DNA of 43,329 nt, taken from contig CACZOE010000139.1 of the NCBI GenBank assembly GCA_902782695.1, positions 1 to 43,329 of the forward strand, written 5' to 3'. The translations under genes were made by a program, and so were the position numbers. The notes beneath the pieces were generated by a model. It was not told the origin of the DNA and did no database searches. It was given only the letters and a program-made list of their open reading frames with translations. Of the stretch, positions 28,775 to 37,644 are shown one piece after another. Positions within the stretch are counted from its first letter, which is position 1. Every line of letters starts with the position of its first letter. The stretch is from an uncultured Lachnospiraceae bacterium (GTDB taxonomy: Bacteria > Bacillota > Clostridia > Lachnospirales > Lachnospiraceae).

Positions 28775-29024
28775 ATCGATGAAGACTGAATACTTCATCC
28801 AGAATGCGACAGGGAGCACTGGTCATGGACTGAGAGCTGGTGCAGGTTCGGAAGATTCAGATAACACTTCATGCGTAGTATGATCGGATATATGATTTCA
28901 TGTATCCATAAAAAGAGATTATACAAAGTGATAAAAGCGGGTGGTACCGCGGTTAATTGATACAGCTGTAATAGCTGAAATATGTGATTGATCGCCCCGG
29001 GATGTTTATACATCCCGGGGTTTT
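28775..29024 (+). promoter_or_regulatory. T-box riboswitch with Asn (AAC) specifier
   Basis: Stem I base ATGAAG/CTTCAT; AG box CAGGGAG; apical GGACTGAGAG; specifier AAC at 28863-28865 followed by A; T-box CGGGTGGTACCGCGG (28938-28952) pairing with TCGCCCCG; overlapping terminator. Confidence 0.92.
28995..29024 (+). terminator. T-box attenuator terminator
   Basis: CCCCGGGATGT-TTAT-ACATCCCGGGG perfect 11-bp stem followed by TTTT. Confidence 0.9.
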
Positions 29025-29074
29025 ATAATGAGTCAAAATAATCGTCTCAATTGACTCATAGAAAGGAAAAGAAG

Positions 29075-31183
29075 ATGAAGAATATTTACAGAGACAAAAC
29101 TATCGATAAGATGAGCGAGGCTGATGTTGGTTCAAATGTCCGCCTTGCAGGATGGGTTGAAAATATCAGAGATCATGGTGGAGTTTCCTTCGTTGATCTC
29201 AGGGATATGTATGGCGTTATGCAGATAGTTATGAGAGATACATCCCTTCTTGATGGCATTGTTAAGGAGCAGGCTATATCTGTAGAAGGGCTTGTAGAAC
29301 ATCGTGACGAGGAAACCTATAATCCAAAGATTCCTACAGGTACTATCGAGCTTGAGGCTCACAGTGTGGACATTCTTGGAAGGGTTTATTCTCAGGTTCC
29401 ATTCGAGATAATGACCTCTAAGGAAGTTAGAGAGGATGTTCGTCTCAAGTACAGATATCTGGATCTCAGAAATGAGAAGGTAAAGGATAATATACTATTT
29501 CGTTCAAAGGTTATCAGTCATATCAGACATAAGATGGAGGATATGGGCTTTGTAGAGATTCAGACTCCGATTCTCTGTGCTTCTTCACCTGAAGGTGCAA
29601 GAGACTATATCGTTCCATCAAGAAGATTTAAAGGTAAATTCTATGCTCTTCCACAGGCGCCTCAGCAGTATAAGCAGCTCCTGATGGTTTCGGGCTTTGA
29701 TAAATATTTCCAGATAGCTCCATGCTTCAGAGATGAGGATGCCAGAGCTGACAGATCTCCAGGTGAATTCTATCAGCTGGATTTTGAGATGAGTTTTGCT
29801 ACACAGGAAGATGTTTTCCGCGTAGGAGAGGAAGTACTTACAGATGTATTCAGCAAATTTGCTCCTGAGGGTTATACAGTAACTCAGGCTCCTTACCCTG
29901 TTATCAGCTACAGGGAAGCTATGCTGAAGTATGGTTCCGATAAGCCGGATCTCAGAAACCCGCTGTTTATCATTGATCTGTCTGAGTTCTTCCAGAGATG
30001 TACATTTAAACCATTCCATGGTCTTACAGTAAGAGCAATTGTAATTCATGAGAGACTGACAAAGGGTCAGCATGAAAAACTCCTTAAATATGCCCAGGGT
30101 ATTGGAATGGGAGGCCTCGGTTATCTGGAGGTTCTGGATGACGGAAGCTACAAGGGACCTATAGATAAATTTATCCCGGAAGATATGAAGGATGAACTGA
30201 AGGAAAAATCAGGACTAAGTGTTGGTGATACTATATTCTTCATAGCTGATAAAGAAATGCAGGCAAGCCTCTATGCAGGTCAGATCAGAACTGAGCTGGG
30301 TGAGAGACTTGATCTGATAGAAAAGAACGCATATAGATTCTGCTATATAAATGATTTTCCTATGTATGAGCTGGATCCTGAAACTGAGAAGATAGGATTT
30401 ACACACAATCCATTCTCTATGCCTCAGGGAGGACTTGATGCACTGCTTAACAAGGATCCTCTGGATATACTGGCTTATCAGTATGATATCGTTTGTAACG
30501 GTGTTGAGCTCTCTTCCGGAGCTGTTAGAAATCATGATATGCAGATAATGGAAAAGGCTTTTGAGATAGCTGGTTATTCAAAAGATATACTCGAGAAGAA
30601 GTTTGGTGCTCTCTATACTGCATTCCAGTTTGGTGCACCACCACATGCAGGTATGGCACCTGGAGTTGATCGTATGATTATGCTCCTTAGAAATGAAGAG
30701 AATATCCGTGAGGTTATTGCATTCCCAATGAACGGAAATGGACAGGACCTCATGTGTGGAGCTCCTGGTGATGTAACAGAGCAGCAGCTGAGAGATGTTC
30801 ACCTCACACCGGATGATATTGCAGAGAGTTATGGAATACAGATCACATCTTCCTCTAAGTCAGAGGATAATGATGAGGTACAAAGTGGTTCAGGTACTGT
30901 ACAGATTACAGATGAAGTCATCGAGTATGTCGGTATCCTTGGAAAACTGGAACTCTCCGAGGAAGAAAAAGAGAAGTCCAAGAAGGACCTTACAGAAATG
31001 CTGGAATATGTAGGAAAGCTCGGTGAGCTGGACACCAGTAATGTAGAACCGATGAGTCACACATTCCCGGTATCAAACGTAATGAGAGAGGATGTAGTTT
31101 CTAATGGAGATGACAGAGAGAACATGTTAAAGAATGCTCCTCAGAGAAATGATGAGGCATATATAGTTCCGGAGACTTTCTAG
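29075..31183 (+). CDS. aspS: Non-discriminating aspartyl-tRNA synthetase fused in frame to GatC (AspRS-GatC)
   Basis: RDHGG (His typical of ND-AspRS), RLKYRYLDLR, LPQAPQQYKQLLM, CFRDED.RADR, PPHAGMAPGVDR. An S/D/G-rich linker then leads to a full GatC from about 30905 (ITDEVIEYVGILGKL...LDTSNVEP...MREDVV...NAP...VP). Start at ATG 29075 after GAAAGGA. Confidence 0.95.
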   Translation: MKNIYRDKTIDKMSEADVGSNVRLAGWVENIRDHGGVSFVDLRDMYGVMQIVMRDTSLLDGIVKEQAISVEGLVEHRDEETYNPKIPTGTIELEAHSVDILGRVYSQVPFEIMTSKEVREDVRLKYRYLDLRNEKVKDNILFRSKVISHIRHKMEDMGFVEIQTPILCASSPEGARDYIVPSRRFKGKFYALPQAPQQYKQLLMVSGFDKYFQIAPCFRDEDARADRSPGEFYQLDFEMSFATQEDVFRVGEEVLTDVFSKFAPEGYTVTQAPYPVISYREAMLKYGSDKPDLRNPLFIIDLSEFFQRCTFKPFHGLTVRAIVIHERLTKGQHEKLLKYAQGIGMGGLGYLEVLDDGSYKGPIDKFIPEDMKDELKEKSGLSVGDTIFFIADKEMQASLYAGQIRTELGERLDLIEKNAYRFCYINDFPMYELDPETEKIGFTHNPFSMPQGGLDALLNKDPLDILAYQYDIVCNGVELSSGAVRNHDMQIMEKAFEIAGYSKDILEKKFGALYTAFQFGAPPHAGMAPGVDRMIMLLRNEENIREVIAFPMNGNGQDLMCGAPGDVTEQQLRDVHLTPDDIAESYGIQITSSSKSEDNDEVQSGSGTVQITDEVIEYVGILGKLELSEEEKEKSKKDLTEMLEYVGKLGELDTSNVEPMSHTFPVSNVMREDVVSNGDDRENMLKNAPQRNDEAYIVPETF

Positions 31184-31259
31184 AACTGGAAACAATAATA
31201 ACTTATTAAATAATTTAATAAATAAGATAAGAAAAATAATAAAAAAGGAGATTTGAAAA

Positions 31260-32783
31260 ATGTTCGAAATCCTGTCACTAAGTGCGGTTGAACTGGGTAA
31301 GAAGATTGCTTCAGGCGAGATAACGTCTGTCGAAGCAACCAAGGCTTATCTGGATAAAATAGGCGCTGTGGATAAAGATATAAATGCATATGTAACAGTG
31401 GATACTGAAGGGGCTCTAAAGGCTGCTGAGGAAGCTGACAAAATGATTGCAGCAAAAAAAGCAGCGGGAGAAACTCTCAGTCCCTTTGCAGGTGTGCCTG
31501 TAGCAATAAAGGATAATATGTGTATAGAGGGGATGCTTACTTCCTGTTCTTCACATATACTGGATAATTTCTATCCGACCTATACAGCTACAGCAGTAGA
31601 AATGCTTAAAGAGGCGGGGGCAGTTGTGCTGGGACATACAAATATGGATGAGTTTGCCATGGGTAGCACCACGGAAACTTCCTACTATGGACCTACAAAG
31701 AATCCTAGAAATACTGACAGGGTTCCAGGTGGTTCTTCAGGTGGATCAGCAGCTGCAGTAGCTGCAGATGAGTGTGCTGTGGCACTGGGATCTGATACAG
31801 GTGGATCCATCAGACAGCCTGCTTCCTTCTGTGGAGTTACTGGAATCAAGCCAACCTACGGACGTGTATCCAGATATGGACTTATAGCCTATGGTTCATC
31901 TCTTGATCAGATAGGACCTCTTGGTAAAACTGTAGAAGACTGTGCTGCCATGCTGGAGGTTATATCCGGACATGATCCTAAGGATTCCACCTCAGCTGAT
32001 GCTGAAAACAGTAAAGACCGTATAGATTTTACTTCAGCTCTGATTGATAATGTTGAAGGAATGAAGATAGGTGTGCCAAGAGACTATTTCCTTGAGGGAA
32101 TAAATGAGGATGTTAAAGCTGCAGTTCTGGGTGCAGCAGAGGTACTTAAGTCAAAGGGCGCAATAGTTGAAGAGTTTGATCTCGGAATGGTTGAGTATGC
32201 TATTCCTGCATATTATGTAATAGCCTGTGCAGAGGCTTCATCAAATCTTGAAAGATTTGATGGTGTCAAGTATGGTTACAGAACCGGAGAGTACACAGAC
32301 CTTCACAACATGTATAAGAAGACCAGAAGCGAAGGCTTTGGTGCTGAGGTTAAGCGCCGTATAATGCTTGGTTCCTTCGTTCTTTCTTCAGGATACTATG
32401 ATGCCTACTATGTAAAGGCCCTGAAGGTAAAGGCACTTATCAAGCAGGCCTTTGATAAGGCTTTTGAAAAGTATGATGTTATACTCGGACCGGTTGCTCC
32501 GACAACAGCACTTAAGTGTGGTGAGTCTCTGTCCGATCCTATAAAAATGTATCTGGGAGATATATATACAGTATCAGTTAACCTTGCGGGACTTCCGGGA
32601 ATCTCACTTCCTTGTGGAGAGGATAAGGATGGACTCCCTGTAGGACTTCAGCTCCTGGGACAGACTTTTGAAGAAAAGAAGATAATTCAGACAGCATATA
32701 CATTTGAAAAATATAGACTAAGTAATATGGATTTGAAATGTGATAAGGACTTAAAAGACAGTTCTTATGGAAAGGAGGCCTAA
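31260..32783 (+). CDS. gatA: Asp-tRNA(Asn)/Glu-tRNA(Gln) amidotransferase subunit A
   Basis: AIKDN, NMDEFAMGSTTE, PGGSSGGSAAAV, GSDTGGSIRQPAS, EVKRRIMLG. Confidence 0.97.
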   Translation: MFEILSLSAVELGKKIASGEITSVEATKAYLDKIGAVDKDINAYVTVDTEGALKAAEEADKMIAAKKAAGETLSPFAGVPVAIKDNMCIEGMLTSCSSHILDNFYPTYTATAVEMLKEAGAVVLGHTNMDEFAMGSTTETSYYGPTKNPRNTDRVPGGSSGGSAAAVAADECAVALGSDTGGSIRQPASFCGVTGIKPTYGRVSRYGLIAYGSSLDQIGPLGKTVEDCAAMLEVISGHDPKDSTSADAENSKDRIDFTSALIDNVEGMKIGVPRDYFLEGINEDVKAAVLGAAEVLKSKGAIVEEFDLGMVEYAIPAYYVIACAEASSNLERFDGVKYGYRTGEYTDLHNMYKKTRSEGFGAEVKRRIMLGSFVLSSGYYDAYYVKALKVKALIKQAFDKAFEKYDVILGPVAPTTALKCGESLSDPIKMYLGDIYTVSVNLAGLPGISLPCGEDKDGLPVGLQLLGQTFEEKKIIQTAYTFEKYRLSNMDLKCDKDLKDSSYGKEA

Positions 32784-32786
32784 ACC

Positions 32787-34238
32787 ATGAGTAAAGAATA
32801 CGAAGTGATAATAGGTCTCGAGGTTCATGTTGAACTTAATACTAAGACAAAAATATTCTGTGGATGTTCTACTGAATTCGGTGGTGCGCCAAATACACAT
32901 GTGTGCCCTGTCTGCGCAGGAATGCCGGGTTCACTTCCGGTACTGAATAAGGAAGTAGTAAATAAGGCTATAAGCGTAGGACTTGCCACGAATTGTGAGA
33001 TAACACGTAATTCCAAATTCGACCGTAAGAATTATTTCTATCCAGATAATCCGCAGAACTATCAGATATCACAGCTCTATTATCCAATCTGCAGAAATGG
33101 TCATGTGACTATAATGTCAAAGGGTGTAGCAAAGGATATCAGGATTCACGAGATACATATGGAGGAGGATGCAGGAAAACTGATTCATGATCCTGTAACT
33201 GATGATACCTATGTTGATTTTAACCGTTCAGGCGTTCCGCTTATCGAAATCGTATCCGAGCCGGATATGCGCTCTGCAGATGAGGTAATTGCTTATCTTG
33301 AAAAGCTGAGAGAAACTATTCAGTATCTGGATGCATCAGACTGCAAGCTGAATGAGGGCTCCATGCGTGCTGACGTAAATATCTCTATAAGAGAGATGGG
33401 AAGCGATGTCTTTGGAACCAGAACAGAGTCCAAGAACCTGAACTCCTTTAAGGCAATCAGAAGATGTATCGAAAATGAAGTTAAGAGACAGAAGGAAATC
33501 ATAGAGAGTGGTGAGAAGGTAGTACAGGAAACCCGCCGCTGGGATGACCTGAAGGGCGTATCTTATCCTATGCGTTCCAAGGAAGATGCTCAGGACTACA
33601 GATATTTCCCTGATCCGGATCTGGTACCAATTGTGGTAAGTGATGAGTGGATAGAGGAAATCAAGGCTAAACAGCCTGAGTTTAAGGATGAGAAGAAACT
33701 CAGATATAAAGAAATGTACGGTCTTCCAGACTATGATATAGATCAGATTACCGGAAGCAAGAAGATGGGCGAGATATTTGAAGGTGCCGTTAGTGCCGGT
33801 GCTGATCCAAAGAAGGTATCTAACTGGCTCATGGTTGAAACCATGCGTCTCATGAAAGAGACCGGAACAGATGCTGACAAGCTGAAGTTCTCTGCTGAAA
33901 ACCTTGCTAAGCTCGTTAAGCTGGTGGATTCTAAGGAAATAAATAATGCAGTGGCTAAGGAAGTCTTTGAAAATGCAGTATTTTCTGAGAATCTGGATCC
34001 TGTAAAATATGTAGCAGATAATAACCTGTCCATAAAGAGTGATTCTGGAAAGCTGGAAGCAGTAGTAAAGAAAGCTATCGAGGCAAATCCGAAGGCAATT
34101 GAAGATATTTTAGGTGGAAAAGGTAAGGCAGTGGGTGCTATAGTAGGATATGTAATGAAGGAAATGAAGGGTAAATGTGATCCAGCTGAGGCAAACAAAC
34201 TGATCGCAGCTGAAATTGAGAAGATTAAAGGAGAATAA
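32787..34238 (+). CDS. gatB: Asp-tRNA(Asn)/Glu-tRNA(Gln) amidotransferase subunit B
   Basis: IGLEVHVEL, FDRKNYFYPD, HMEEDAGK, NRSGVPLIEIVSEPD, DYRYFPDPDL; YqeY-like tail. Confidence 0.97.
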   Translation: MSKEYEVIIGLEVHVELNTKTKIFCGCSTEFGGAPNTHVCPVCAGMPGSLPVLNKEVVNKAISVGLATNCEITRNSKFDRKNYFYPDNPQNYQISQLYYPICRNGHVTIMSKGVAKDIRIHEIHMEEDAGKLIHDPVTDDTYVDFNRSGVPLIEIVSEPDMRSADEVIAYLEKLRETIQYLDASDCKLNEGSMRADVNISIREMGSDVFGTRTESKNLNSFKAIRRCIENEVKRQKEIIESGEKVVQETRRWDDLKGVSYPMRSKEDAQDYRYFPDPDLVPIVVSDEWIEEIKAKQPEFKDEKKLRYKEMYGLPDYDIDQITGSKKMGEIFEGAVSAGADPKKVSNWLMVETMRLMKETGTDADKLKFSAENLAKLVKLVDSKEINNAVAKEVFENAVFSENLDPVKYVADNNLSIKSDSGKLEAVVKKAIEANPKAIEDILGGKGKAVGAIVGYVMKEMKGKCDPAEANKLIAAEIEKIKGE

Positions 34239-34240
34239 AA

Positions 34241-35326
34241 ATGAGAACATATCTTGTAACAGGTGGTGCCGGATTTATCGGTTCAAATTATATTCACTAT
34301 ATGTTTGATAAATACGGTGATGATATTCGTATAATTAATGTAGATAAGCTTACTTATGCAGGTAATCTGGAGAATCTTAAGGACATTGAGTCCAGACCTA
34401 ACTATACATTTGTGAAGGCAGATATCTGTGATAAGGACGCTATAGCAAAAATTTTTGCAGACAATGAGATTGACAGAGTGGTACATTTTGCTGCTGAGTC
34501 TCATGTAGACCGTTCTATCAAGGAGCCGGAAGTTTTTGTTCAGACAAATGTTCTGGGTACAGCAGTTATGCTTAACTCTGCTAAGGCAGCCTGGGAGAAT
34601 GAGGATGGAAGTTTCAAGGAGGATAAGAGATTCCTTCATGTTTCTACAGATGAAGTATATGGTTCACTTCCTGATGATCCGGATGCTTATTTCTATGAGA
34701 CAACACCTATTGATCCTCACAGTCCTTATTCATCAAGCAAGGCTTCATCAGATCTGCTTGTAAAGGCTTATGTGGATACATATCATTTCCCTGCAGTGAT
34801 TACAAACTGCTCAAATAATTATGGTCCTTATCAGTTCCCTGAGAAGCTGATACCGCTCATCATCAATAACTGTCTGGCTGGAAAGAACCTTCCTGTCTAT
34901 GGTGATGGTAAAAATGTTCGTGACTGGCTGTATGTTATGGATCATGCAAAGGGTATCGACATGGCTACTGAGCAGGGCAGAATAGGTGAGAGATACAATA
35001 TCGGCGGACATAATGAGAAGCAGAATATAGAGATAATCAACATTATCATTGAGACGCTTCAGGAGCTTCTTCCAGATAGTGATCCAAGAAAAGCAAATGT
35101 AACCAAGGATCTTATTACATATGTTACTGATCGTAAGGGACACGATCGTCGTTATGCCATCGCTCCTGATAAGATCAAAGCTGAGATAGGATGGTTCCCG
35201 GAGACTATGTTCAAGGATGGGATCAGACTTACTATCCAGTGGTATCTGGAAAATGAAGACTGGATGAAGAATGTAACCAGTGGTGATTATCAGAAGTACT
35301 ATGATTCAATGTATACTGACAGATAA
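34241..35326 (+). CDS. rmlB: dTDP-glucose 4,6-dehydratase
   Basis: VTGGAGFIGSN, DKLTYAGN, FAAESHVDRSI, HVSTDEVYG, YSSSK, NNYGPYQFPEKLIP, DRKGHDRRY. Confidence 0.96.
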   Translation: MRTYLVTGGAGFIGSNYIHYMFDKYGDDIRIINVDKLTYAGNLENLKDIESRPNYTFVKADICDKDAIAKIFADNEIDRVVHFAAESHVDRSIKEPEVFVQTNVLGTAVMLNSAKAAWENEDGSFKEDKRFLHVSTDEVYGSLPDDPDAYFYETTPIDPHSPYSSSKASSDLLVKAYVDTYHFPAVITNCSNNYGPYQFPEKLIPLIINNCLAGKNLPVYGDGKNVRDWLYVMDHAKGIDMATEQGRIGERYNIGGHNEKQNIEIINIIIETLQELLPDSDPRKANVTKDLITYVTDRKGHDRRYAIAPDKIKAEIGWFPETMFKDGIRLTIQWYLENEDWMKNVTSGDYQKYYDSMYTDR

Positions 35327-35406
35327 ATATAAAACAGGTTCACTTTTATAGAATAAAGGAATATGGGGTAAAACATTTCCTGTAAAGGTTATGATTAAGG
35401 GGAAAA

Positions 35407-36141
35407 ATGGTTAAATTAACAGTGGTTATGCCTTGCTATAACGAGGGCACAAGAATATACAGAAATATAATAGAAGCAGTGACTCAGATAGAAAAGTTCT
35501 GTGATTCCTTCAGAATCATTGTGGTAAACGATGGAAGCAGTGATGAGACCGAGTCTGAGATAAAGAGGGCTGCAGCTCAGGATAAAAGAGTGGCATACAT
35601 TTCATATACCGATAACAAAGGAAAGGGCTATGCTGTAAGAAGAGGTATGCTTGCCGCAAAGTCAGAGTATGTTGCTTTTCTTGATGCTGACTTGGAACTG
35701 CCACCATACCTGCTTGAAGGCTTCCTGAAGGAGGCTGAGGGTATAGGAGGAAAAGGCTATGATATTGTCATAGGTTCCAAGATGCATCCTGATTCACAGG
35801 TGGAATATCCATTCTTTAGAAAAGTCATGAGCCATGGATATTATATATTCATGAAAATGCTTTTTGGACTGAGACTTAAGGACACACAGACAGGAATAAA
35901 GCTGTATAGAACTGATAAGATAAAGCCGGTTATGAGACTGGTAAAGACCAGCCGTTTTTCTTTTGATATAGAAATACTTGCCATAGCAAATAAAATGGGA
36001 CTTACCATTAAAGAAATGCCTGTTGTGGTAAATTTCTCCAGAAATAAGGGAGACAGATCCAAGATAAAGCTATCCAGTATATATGAGATGGTGCGTGACT
36101 CTTTCAGAGTTAAAATGTACGTATCAAAACTGAAAATCTAA
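35407..36141 (+). CDS. GT2 dolichol/undecaprenyl-phosphate glycosyltransferase-like protein
   Basis: MPCYNE, NDGSSD, NKGKG, FLDADLE, DTQTGIK, FSFDIEIL; no TM tail. Confidence 0.88.
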   Translation: MVKLTVVMPCYNEGTRIYRNIIEAVTQIEKFCDSFRIIVVNDGSSDETESEIKRAAAQDKRVAYISYTDNKGKGYAVRRGMLAAKSEYVAFLDADLELPPYLLEGFLKEAEGIGGKGYDIVIGSKMHPDSQVEYPFFRKVMSHGYYIFMKMLFGLRLKDTQTGIKLYRTDKIKPVMRLVKTSRFSFDIEILAIANKMGLTIKEMPVVVNFSRNKGDRSKIKLSSIYEMVRDSFRVKMYVSKLKI

Positions 36142-36169
36142 CTAAATTATAGGGAAGAGGTAACTGAAT

Positions 36170-37585
36170 ATGAAGTGTTGGGGAAAACGATTTATCAGTG
36201 TATTGATGGTACTCGCTGTTTTAGCAGGAACACTTCTTGTGTCATTTGATTCAAAAGCTGCAGAGATAGTTGTAAGAAACGGTGAAAACCTTTCAGGTGC
36301 AGTTTATGTTGGAGATACCGGAAGACTATATCCTGATCTTAATACTGCCGACTATACCTATTATTATAATAGTCTTGAGGATGCTACTTCTACTGATGCG
36401 ATATCTATAGACAGTATAGATAAGAGTGATTTTATTATAATCTACAGATCTAATAGATCAGGCGTGTTAGATGTGGACAATCAGGGTAATTACTCAGCTT
36501 TATCTGCCGGTCAGGCTACACTTGATGTATATGTATATCCTGATTTCTATTACTATTATTATGATGAATACATTTTTCATGCCAGTGTTACATTAAGTGT
36601 CATATATGATATGACAAATGTTACACTTAGTACATATGATGTATCAGCATATCTGTTCCCTGATTATTATTATGAAAAAAACAAGCCTAGATATAATGGG
36701 TGTGAGACTGCTATTCCAATAGTCAGTCCATTTGTTATTGAAAATTTATATCCGGGTGCATTTTCCTATAGCTGTGATAATCCGGACCTGAAAATATCGG
36801 TGCGTATTTCAGATAATGTGCTCTACATCGATCAGTCTGCAGATAAATCGGGGAAAGCTAATATATCAGTTACGATATGTGGAAAGACTTTTAACATAAC
36901 CTATAAGGTGGCTAAAACAGGTATATCCTGTCAGTCAAAGCTTCTTCCGAAAAAGAAAAAGTTTAAACTGAAAATTACAGGTTATTCAGGACCGATAACC
37001 TGGAGATCCACAAATCCTAAGGTTGCTACTGTTGATTCAAATGGAGTGGTCAAGGGAAAGAAGATAGGAAACTGTGTGATCATTGCAAAAATGGGAGATG
37101 AGTATCTGGGCTGTGCAGTTTCGGTAACAAAGCCGAAGCTGGTAAAGGTCTGTGAAAGAGCAACTTATATAGGAACCCATTGGAAGTATAGTCAGCCTCT
37201 TCGTACAAAGAAAGGTTATTATGACTGCAGTGCACTTGTGTGGAAGGCTTACAGTCAGAAGGCAGGACTTTACTTCGGATCAGTTGGATATCCCGGTACA
37301 ACAGTTACAGAGTCAGCCTGGTGCAAGGCACATGGCAAGATGATAAAAGGTGGAATGACCTACAAGAAATTTCAGAAGATGCAGGTAAATCCGGGGGATA
37401 TACTCTTTAAGTCGACGAACATGAAAGATAAATTCAACTCAACTTATCATGTTGAGATGTTTACAGGTTATATATGTAACAGTGTGGATTCCTCAGGTAA
37501 GCCAGAGTTCAGTGCTTTGTGGGCTGCTCGTGGAAGCTACTATAGCTGGGAAGAAGGATCGCTTCTTGCCAGACCAATGAAATAG
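36170..37585 (+). CDS. Secreted Ig-like (Big_2) + NlpC/P60 cell-wall peptidase
   Basis: Signal peptide; WRSTNPKVATVDSNGVVKGKKIG (Big_2); YSQ...YDCSALVW...PGDILF...HVEMF catalytic Cys/His. Confidence 0.82.
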   Translation: MKCWGKRFISVLMVLAVLAGTLLVSFDSKAAEIVVRNGENLSGAVYVGDTGRLYPDLNTADYTYYYNSLEDATSTDAISIDSIDKSDFIIIYRSNRSGVLDVDNQGNYSALSAGQATLDVYVYPDFYYYYYDEYIFHASVTLSVIYDMTNVTLSTYDVSAYLFPDYYYEKNKPRYNGCETAIPIVSPFVIENLYPGAFSYSCDNPDLKISVRISDNVLYIDQSADKSGKANISVTICGKTFNITYKVAKTGISCQSKLLPKKKKFKLKITGYSGPITWRSTNPKVATVDSNGVVKGKKIGNCVIIAKMGDEYLGCAVSVTKPKLVKVCERATYIGTHWKYSQPLRTKKGYYDCSALVWKAYSQKAGLYFGSVGYPGTTVTESAWCKAHGKMIKGGMTYKKFQKMQVNPGDILFKSTNMKDKFNSTYHVEMFTGYICNSVDSSGKPEFSALWAARGSYYSWEEGSLLARPMK

Positions 37586-37591
37586 GATATT

Positions 37592-37629
37592 AAAAGACCG
37601 TCACCTCAATATCAGTGACGGTCTTTTTT
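37592..37629. terminator. Bidirectional rho-independent terminator between convergent genes
   Basis: AAAAGACCGTCAC-10 nt-GTGACGGTCTTTT(TT). Confidence 0.9.
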
Positions 37630-37644
37630 CTTACGTCTTAATTA

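Noticed and set aside
28778-28799. Alternative hairpin GATGAAG/CTTCATC and duplicated GAATACTTCAT near the T-box 5' end
   Set aside because: It could compete with stem I, but it is short and I cannot evaluate folding energies; the first copy overlaps the -10 and is mostly untranscribed.
28795-29013. 72-aa minus-strand ORF in the aspS leader
   Set aside because: The region is explained by the T-box RNA structure.
31184-31259. Very AT-rich spacer between aspS-gatC and gatA as a lost gatC or small RNA
   Set aside because: Only 76 bp with no ORF or structure; GatC is already present in the fusion.
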